Made by a program: the position numbers and the translations under genes | Assembly: GCA_963718725.1 (NCBI GenBank) | Contig: OY970374.1 | Span: 2,259,215 to 2,323,214 of the forward strand | Direction of reading: 5' to 3' | From: an uncultured Actinomycetota bacterium | GTDB lineage: Bacteria > Actinomycetota > Actinomycetes > Propionibacteriales > Nocardioidaceae | DNA: 64,000 nucleotides | The notes under the pieces: generated by a model | Database searches by the model: none | Seen by the model: only the letters and a program-made list of their open reading frames with translations | What the model was told of the DNA's origin: nothing | Shown: positions 58,484 to 64,000 of the stretch, one piece after another | Layout: every line of letters starts with the position of its first letter | How positions within the stretch are numbered: the first letter of the stretch is position 1

Positions 58484-59503
58484 TCAGTACTGCTCGTCCT
58501 CGACGAACGCGTCGTCGTCGTCGTCCGAGCCGTAGGCCGCCAGGGCGGCGTGCGGGTCGAAGCCCGGGCCGCTGTCCTTGAGCGAGAGGCCCATCTCGAC
58601 CAGCTTGGCCTTGACCTCGTCGATCGACTTGGCGCCGAAGTTGCGGATGTCGAGCAGGTCCTGCTCCGAGCGGCTGATGAGCTCACCCACGGTGTGGATG
58701 CCCTCGCGCTTGAGGCAGTTGTAGGACCGGACCGTCAGGTTGAGCTCCTCGACCGGCAGGGCCAGGTCGGCCGCCAGCTGCTCGTCGACCGGCGACGGGC
58801 CGATGTCGATGCCCTCGGCCTCGACGTTCAGCTCCCGGGCCAGGCCGAACAGCTCGACCAGCGTCTTGCCGGCCGACGCGATCGCGTCGCGCGGGCGGAT
58901 CGACGGCTTGGTCTCGACGTCGATGACCAGCTTGTCGAAGTCGGTGCGCTGCTCGACACGGGTGGCCTCGACCTTGTAGGTCACCTTGAGGACCGGGCTG
59001 TAGATCGAGTCGACCGGCATCCGGCCGATCTCGTTGTCGGCCCCCTTGTTCTGGACCGAGGAGACGTAGCCGCGGCCACGCTCCACGACCAGCTCCATCT
59101 CCAGCTTGCCCTTGTCGGACAGGGTGGCGATCTTCAGGTCGGGGTTGTGGACCTCGACCCCGGCCGGCGGGTTGATGTCGGCGGCGGTCACGTCACCGGC
59201 ACCCGACTTGCGCAGGTACATCGTGACCGGCTCGTCGTGCTCCGAGGAGACGACGAGGCCCTTCAGGTTGAGGATGACCTCGGTGACGTCCTCCTTGACG
59301 CCCTCGATGGTCGAGAACTCGTGGAGGACACCGTCGACCTTGATGCTCGTGACCGAGGCACCGGGGATCGACGACAGGAGGGTACGGCGGAGCGAGTTGC
59401 CGAGGGTGTAGCCGAAGCCGGGCTCCAGCGGCTCGATCACGAACCGCGAACGGAACTCGTCGACGGACTCTTCCGACAGGGTGGGGCGCTGTGCGATGAG
59501 CAC
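58484..59503 (-). CDS. rpoA: DNA-directed RNA polymerase subunit alpha
   Basis: ORF track, 339 aa: [12 protein letters not shown]...[10 protein letters not shown]...[16 protein letters not shown]. Confidence 0.95.
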   Translation of the reverse strand: MLIAQRPTLSEESVDEFRSRFVIEPLEPGFGYTLGNSLRRTLLSSIPGASVTSIKVDGVLHEFSTIEGVKEDVTEVILNLKGLVVSSEHDEPVTMYLRKSGAGDVTAADINPPAGVEVHNPDLKIATLSDKGKLEMELVVERGRGYVSSVQNKGADNEIGRMPVDSIYSPVLKVTYKVEATRVEQRTDFDKLVIDVETKPSIRPRDAIASAGKTLVELFGLARELNVEAEGIDIGPSPVDEQLAADLALPVEELNLTVRSYNCLKREGIHTVGELISRSEQDLLDIRNFGAKSIDEVKAKLVEMGLSLKDSGPGFDPHAALAAYGSDDDDDAFVEDEQY

Positions 59504-59574
59504 TTGTTCTTTCCTTTCCGGGCGCGACCGCTATTTGACGTCGCCCAGATCTGCGAGGTGGGGCCGAAAGGGTC

Positions 59575-60183
59575 TTACTTCTTCGAGTAGTACTCGACGA
59601 TGAGCTGCTCCTGGATCGGGAGGTCGATCTGCGCGCGCACGGGGACCTGGTGGACCAGGACCCGCATCCGCGTCGGGATCGCCTCGAGCCAGGCCGGGAC
59701 GACGCGCTCGCCGTGGGTCTCACGGGCGACGATGAACGGGGTCATCTCGAGCGACTTCTCGCGCACGTCGATCACGTCGTGGGCGGTCACCTGGAACGAC
59801 GGGATGTCGACCTTGCGACCGTTCACCAGGAAGTGGCCGTGGACGACCAGCTGGCGGGCGTGACGGCGGGTGCGGGCGAAACCGGCCCGGTAGACGACGT
59901 TGTCCAGGCGGCACTCGAGCAGCTGGAGCAGGTTGTCGCCCGTCTTGCCGCCGCGGCGGCTGGCTTCCTTGTAGTAGCGGACGAACTGCTTCTCGAGGAC
60001 GCCGTAGGTGTAGCGGGCCTTCTGCTTCTCACGAAGCTGGAGGAGGTACTCGCTCTCCTTGATGCGGCCGCGGCCGTGCTGGCCGGGGGCGTAGGGACGC
60101 TTCTCGAAGGCGGCGTCGCCGCCGACGAGGTCGACACCGAGACGGCGCGACTTCTTGGTCATGGGGCCGGTGTAACGGGCCAT
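59575..60183 (-). CDS. rpsD: 30S ribosomal protein S4
   Basis: ORF track, 202 aa: MARYTGPMTKKSRRLG... Confidence 0.95.
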   Translation of the reverse strand: MARYTGPMTKKSRRLGVDLVGGDAAFEKRPYAPGQHGRGRIKESEYLLQLREKQKARYTYGVLEKQFVRYYKEASRRGGKTGDNLLQLLECRLDNVVYRAGFARTRRHARQLVVHGHFLVNGRKVDIPSFQVTAHDVIDVREKSLEMTPFIVARETHGERVVPAWLEAIPTRMRVLVHQVPVRAQIDLPIQEQLIVEYYSKK

Positions 60184-60215
60184 GGGTCAGTGCTCCTTGG
60201 GTCTCTGGTGGCGGG

Positions 60216-60611
60216 TCAGACGCGCCGGCGCTTGGGCGGGCGGCATCCGTTGTGGGGCGTGGGGGTGACGTCCTGGATGGTGCCGACCTCGAGGCCGATC
60301 GCACCCAGGGACCGGATCGCCGTCTCGCGGCCCGAGCCCGGACCCTTGACGAAGACGTCGATCTTCTTCATCCCGTGCTCCATCGCCCGGCGACCAGCGG
60401 CCTCGGCGGCCATCTGCGCGGCGAACGGGGTGGACTTGCGCGAGCCCTTGAAGCCGACGGTGCCGGCAGAGGCCCACGAGATCACCGCACCGGTCGGGTC
60501 GGTGATCGTGACGATGGTGTTGTTGAACGTGCTCTTGATGTGGGCTTCGCCCTGAGCGACGTTCTTCTTCTCCTTGCGACGCACCTTGGCGGTGCGGCTC
60601 TTGGGAGGCAT
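60216..60611 (-). CDS. rpsK: 30S ribosomal protein S11
   Basis: ORF track, 131 aa: ...[18 protein letters not shown]...[13 protein letters not shown]. Confidence 0.95.
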   Translation of the reverse strand: MPPKSRTAKVRRKEKKNVAQGEAHIKSTFNNTIVTITDPTGAVISWASAGTVGFKGSRKSTPFAAQMAAEAAGRRAMEHGMKKIDVFVKGPGSGRETAIRSLGAIGLEVGTIQDVTPTPHNGCRPPKRRRV

Positions 60612-60676
60612 TCGTTATCTCCTGAGGTTGCTGGGAAGCGTTCGAGTGGTGGGAAGGCAGGACCGGGAGACCCCGA

Positions 60677-61054
60677 TCACTTGGCCTTCTTCTTGCCGGC
60701 GACGGTGCGCTTGGGACCCTTGCGGGTGCGCGCGTTGGTCTTGGTGCGCTGACCGCGGACCGGGAGGCCCTGACGGTGGCGGCGACCCTGATAGCTGCCG
60801 ATCTCGATCTTGCGACGGATGTCGGCCTGCACCTCACGGCGCAGGTCACCCTCGATCTTGACCTCGAGGTTCTCGATCGCGTCGCGGAGCTTGACCAGCT
60901 CCTCGTCCCCCAGCTGGTGGACGCGCAGGTCCGGGGAGACCCCGGTGGCGGCCAGGAGCTCCTGGGCGCGGGTACGGCCGATGCCGTAGATGTAGGTGAG
61001 TGCGACCTCGATGCGCTTGTCGCGCGGCAGGTCGACCCCAACAAGGCGTGCCAT
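60677..61054 (-). CDS. rpsM: 30S ribosomal protein S13
   Basis: ORF 60677..61150 is trimmed to the ATG at 61054: [26 protein letters not shown]... Confidence 0.95.
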   Translation of the reverse strand: MARLVGVDLPRDKRIEVALTYIYGIGRTRAQELLAATGVSPDLRVHQLGDEELVKLRDAIENLEVKIEGDLRREVQADIRRKIEIGSYQGRRHRQGLPVRGQRTKTNARTRKGPKRTVAGKKKAK

Positions 61055-61237
61055 TGAGTGGCCTTTCCTGAAGGGACGGTGTCCCCTCGTGTTCACGGTG
61101 GTGTGGTCGTGACGCGTCCCGTGCCTGCTGCGGCTGTGGGCTCCGGCCATCCGCTCCGGAGGTGGTTCAGCGGTCCCGTCGGGGAGCCGCCTAAGCGATC
61201 ACGTGGTGGATGTATTCAGTTGTCCGCTGAGCTGGGC

Positions 61238-61351
61238 TCAGCCTTGGCGCTGCTTGTGACGCGGGTTGTCGCAGATGACCATGACGCGGCCGTGGCGACG
61301 GATCACCTGGCACTTGTCACAGATCTTCTTGACGCTGGGGGCGACCTTCAT
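61238..61351 (-). CDS. rpmJ: 50S ribosomal protein L36
   Basis: It is not in the ORF track because it is too short. My own translation gives [37 protein letters not shown] followed by a stop. Confidence 0.9.
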   Translation of the reverse strand: MKVAPSVKKICDKCQVIRRHGRVMVICDNPRHKQRQG

Positions 61352-61377
61352 GTCAGCCCTTTCTGCTCGGTAGCGGC

Positions 61378-61599
61378 TTACTTGTAGCGGTAGACGATGC
61401 GCCCTCGAGTGAGGTCGTACGGCGAGAGCTCCACCACGACCCGGTCCTCGGGGAGGATCCGGATGTAGTGCTGGCGCATCTTGCCGCTGATGTGGGCGAG
61501 AACCTTGTGTCCGTTGGTCAGCTCGACCCGGAACATGGCGTTGGGGAGGGCCTCCACGACGGTGCCCTCGATCTCGATCACGCCTTCTTTCTTCGGCAT
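61378..61599 (-). CDS. infA: Translation initiation factor IF-1
   Basis: ORF 61378..61794 is trimmed to the ATG at 61599 (GGAGGA RBS): [42 protein letters not shown]... Confidence 0.95.
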   Translation of the reverse strand: MPKKEGVIEIEGTVVEALPNAMFRVELTNGHKVLAHISGKMRQHYIRILPEDRVVVELSPYDLTRGRIVYRYK

Positions 61600-61973
61600 T
61601 TCCTCCACAATCCGTTGTTGGCGTCTACCGTCGACCCGCGAACCTCCGGCTGCTTCTCGAACAGCCGGTGGACCTCGTGCAGCGGTTCCGCAGTCCTCAA
61701 CCCCGGGCACGACCGAGCCTCTCGACGAGAGGGATCGGCGGGTGTCCGGGCAGCCGCAAGGCGCCACGAAACACGACCCACGTTGGGCCGACACGCCAGT
61801 GTACGGGGTGCCGAGGGCGAAGCCCTAATCGCGATCCGGGCTCCGGGCGCAGCCCGCAGCGGGGCAACGACTCTGCGTGCCGACGCATTCCCGCAGGCTC
61901 GCGAGCAGGGTTGCCATCGCCTGCTGCCACGGCGGGCACGGCTCGGCAGCGCGACTTTCACCGGCTCGTGGGG

Positions 61974-62348
61974 ATGAGCCTCTGTTCGCCGCTGGTCGAC
62001 CGGTCCAGGCGGTCACAGTCGGCGCACAGTCAGGGGCGCAGGCGGAAGGCGGCCGCCGGACCGGAGCCCGACCCGTCCTTCACGCCGAGCGACGTGGTGC
62101 CCGACGCACCCATCCCCGAGCCGTTCGTCCGGGGACGGCGGGCGGGCGACGACGTGACGTTCACGTGGCGCGTGGTCGGCGGTACCAAGGCGGGCGACAC
62201 CTGGGTCTGGCGCCGACCCGACACCGGCGAGAGCAGTCGGGGCACCCAGCGACGACTCACGGTCACGGAGGCCGGCCGGGTGTGCCTCCAGGTGCAGCTG
62301 GTCCGAGAGGGCGAGCCCTCGACCTCGACCCAGCAGTGCGTGGAGTGA
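61974..62348 (+). CDS. Hypothetical small protein
   Basis: This is the 3' part of ORF 61668..62348. GC3 is clearly coding from about 62080 (FTWRVVGGTKAGDTWVWRRPDTGE...CLQVQLVREGE). The start is uncertain; the ATG at 61974 is the first plausible one. I recognise no family. Confidence 0.4.
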   Translation: MSLCSPLVDRSRRSQSAHSQGRRRKAAAGPEPDPSFTPSDVVPDAPIPEPFVRGRRAGDDVTFTWRVVGGTKAGDTWVWRRPDTGESSRGTQRRLTVTEAGRVCLQVQLVREGEPSTSTQQCVE

Positions 62349-62350
62349 CC

Positions 62351-63403
62351 TCAGCCGGCCAGCAGCCGGAGGGTCTCCTCGCGCGCCGGTGACCGCGTGG
62401 GGTCGGTCCCGGTCCAGGCACCCGCGACCGGGTGCACCATCACCTCGTCGACGGCGTGCTCGGCCGCGAGGCTTTCGATCCGCTGCCGCGCCGTCGCTGC
62501 GTCGCCGATCACCCAGCGTCGGCGCATCGCCCCGATCAGCTCGCGGTGCGCCTCGGGCGGATCCTGCTTCTCCGCGTCCTCCACGAGCTGCTGCGCACGC
62601 AGCGGCTGCCCGGTCCGCAGGGCGACCATGGCGAGCAGCTGGGGCAGCGCGAGCCGGTCGGCCTCCTGCTGGGTGGGTGCCACGGCGGCGTTCACGGTCA
62701 GGAAGGTCCGCGGCGCGTCGAGGTACGTCGAGGGGCGGAACTCGTCGCGGTAGAGCGCGAGGGCCGCAGCCGTGCCCGACCCGGAGAAGTGGTGGGCGAA
62801 CACGTAGGGCAGACCACGCTCGGCCGCGAGCCGCGCCGAGTAGTCGGACGAGCCCAGCAGCCAGGCAACAGGGACGCCCGTCGCGCGCGGCGTCGCCCGC
62901 AGCCCGTGACGGCGACCGCCGACGGACAGCTGGGCGCCGCCCGCGTCCATCAGGGCGAGCACGTGGTCGACGTACTCCGGGAACCGGGCGACGGCGTCGT
63001 CGTCGACCCCGCCGGCGCCGTGCCGCAGCGCGAACGACGTCACCGGGTCGGTGCCCGGGGCGCGGCCGATGCCGAGGTCGATCCGGCCCGGGTGGGCCGC
63101 CTCGAGCAGGGCGAACTGCTCCGCCACCACGAGGGGCGCGTGGTTGGGCAGCATCACTCCTCCGGACCCGACCCGGATGCGCTCCGTCGCAGCCGCCACC
63201 ATCGCGATCAGCACCGGCGGGTTCGTCGCCGCCACGGCGGGCATGTTGTGGTGCTCCGCGAGCCAGTAGCGGCGGAAGCCGAGGTCGTCAGCCACGCGCG
63301 CCATTGACCGGGTCGCCGCCAGGGCGTCGCCGGAGGTCTGGTCGTCGCGAACGGGGACGAGGTCCAGGACGGAGAGCGCGAGCGAGGTCATCGCCCGTGA
63401 CAA
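62351..63403 (-). CDS. LLM-class (luciferase-like) flavin-dependent oxidoreductase
   Basis: ORF track, 350 aa (alternative ATG at 63391). Motifs are LSVLDLVPV, YWLAEHHNMP and RIDLGIGRAPG. Confidence 0.8.
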   Translation of the reverse strand: MSRAMTSLALSVLDLVPVRDDQTSGDALAATRSMARVADDLGFRRYWLAEHHNMPAVAATNPPVLIAMVAAATERIRVGSGGVMLPNHAPLVVAEQFALLEAAHPGRIDLGIGRAPGTDPVTSFALRHGAGGVDDDAVARFPEYVDHVLALMDAGGAQLSVGGRRHGLRATPRATGVPVAWLLGSSDYSARLAAERGLPYVFAHHFSGSGTAAALALYRDEFRPSTYLDAPRTFLTVNAAVAPTQQEADRLALPQLLAMVALRTGQPLRAQQLVEDAEKQDPPEAHRELIGAMRRRWVIGDAATARQRIESLAAEHAVDEVMVHPVAGAWTGTDPTRSPAREETLRLLAG

Positions 63404-63431
63404 CGTCCGGGAGCGTGCGCGGATTCCCGCC

Positions 63432-64000
63432 TCAGTCGTCGTCCCAGTCGCGCCGCGGACCGGTCGCCGCGTCCCGCTGGAGCTGGGACAGCCCGCCCGA
63501 CTTCATCAGCGAGAGCACCGCCGTGACCGCCAGCGTCGCGACGATCACCGTCAGGGACAGCCAGATCGGTATCTCGAGCCAGTCGTAGGCGACGTGCTCA
63601 CCGCCGTTGATGAACGGCAGCTCGTTCTCGTGCAGCGCGTGGAAGATCAGCTTGACGCCGATGAACGCGAGCAGGAACGCCAAGCCGTAGGACAGGTAGA
63701 CCAGCCGCTCGAGGAGGCCGCCGATCAGGAAGTAGAGCTGCCGCAGCCCCATCAGGGCGAAGATGTTCGCCGTGAGGACGAGGTAGGGCTCCTTCGTGAT
63801 GCCGAAGATCGCAGGGATCGAGTCGAGCGCGAAGAGCAGGTCGGTCGTCCCCAGCGTGATGATCACGATGAAGAGCGGCGTGATCATGCGGGCGCCGTTC
63901 TGCTTCGTGAACAGCTGCTTGCCGTGCCATTCCTTGGTGGCGGGGAAGCGCTTCTCCACGAAGACGACGAGCCGGTTCTCCTCGTACTCGTCCTCGTCCT
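63432..64000 (-). CDS. TerC-family integral membrane protein; the N-terminus lies outside the window
   Basis: ORF 63432..63959, with the frame staying open to the window edge (...DEDEYEENRLVVFVEKRFP...). The motif is TTDLLFALDSIPAIFGIT. Confidence 0.8.
   Translation of the reverse strand, partial: DEDEYEENRLVVFVEKRFPATKEWHGKQLFTKQNGARMITPLFIVIITLGTTDLLFALDSIPAIFGITKEPYLVLTANIFALMGLRQLYFLIGGLLERLVYLSYGLAFLLAFIGVKLIFHALHENELPFINGGEHVAYDWLEIPIWLSLTVIVATLAVTAVLSLMKSGGLSQLQRDAATGPRRDWDDD

Noticed and set aside
61668-61973. The N-terminal 102 codons of ORF 61668..62348.
   Set aside because: The translation is Arg/Pro/Gly-rich with poor GC3 periodicity, and it overlaps the likely infA promoter and leader. 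Only the 3' part looks coding.

Overview
This is a 64-kb window from a very GC-rich chromosome. GC content was judged by eye and not computed; third-codon positions are almost all G/C. The source is most likely an Actinomycetota genome. Two things support this. First, there are mycothiol-related genes (mca and a DUF664/MST-like DinB protein). Second, the gene order is typically actinobacterial: metB..greA-DUF4307-mca, nnr-alr-hydrolase-tsaE-tsaB-rimI-tsaD, rplM-rpsI-glmM, and infA-rpmJ-rpsM-rpsK-rpsD-rpoA-rplQ...truA. I call about 80 protein-coding features, including three relics or frameshifted genes, and about 60 of them are on the minus strand. Fourteen gene junctions are 4-nt ATGA/GTGA start/stop overlaps, which indicates tight operons. 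I found no rRNA, tRNA, CRISPR array, transposase, integrase or phage gene. The housekeeping backbone is interrupted by small accessory or detoxification blocks. The observations I consider most worth follow-up are: (1) one uninterrupted frame fusing GNAT, TsaE and a Nudix-like domain with a degenerate Nudix box, inside the t6A operon, which is also split by an opposite-strand GNAT gene overlapping rimI by 79 nt; (2) an ArsR (two vicinal Cys pairs) fused to a PAT/ArsN1-like acetyltransferase, divergent from a CC-tailed flavoprotein and an MFS pump; (3) a separate arsR-aquaglyceroporin-arsC operon with no ArsB/Acr3; (4) a four-gene translationally coupled cassette (PPOX-like, DinB/MST-like, tandem VOC, GNAT); (5) a frameshifted partner gene of one of two paralogous ECF sigma modules; (6) a 30-nt direct repeat duplicating the 3' end of gltA; and (7) a 4.4-kb accessory block with a flavoprotein relic inserted between truA and rplQ. 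All family assignments come from reading the translations and recalling motifs. No database search was run. Many start codons are GTG and are chosen by frame, RBS and N-terminal motif, so starts may be off by a few codons.
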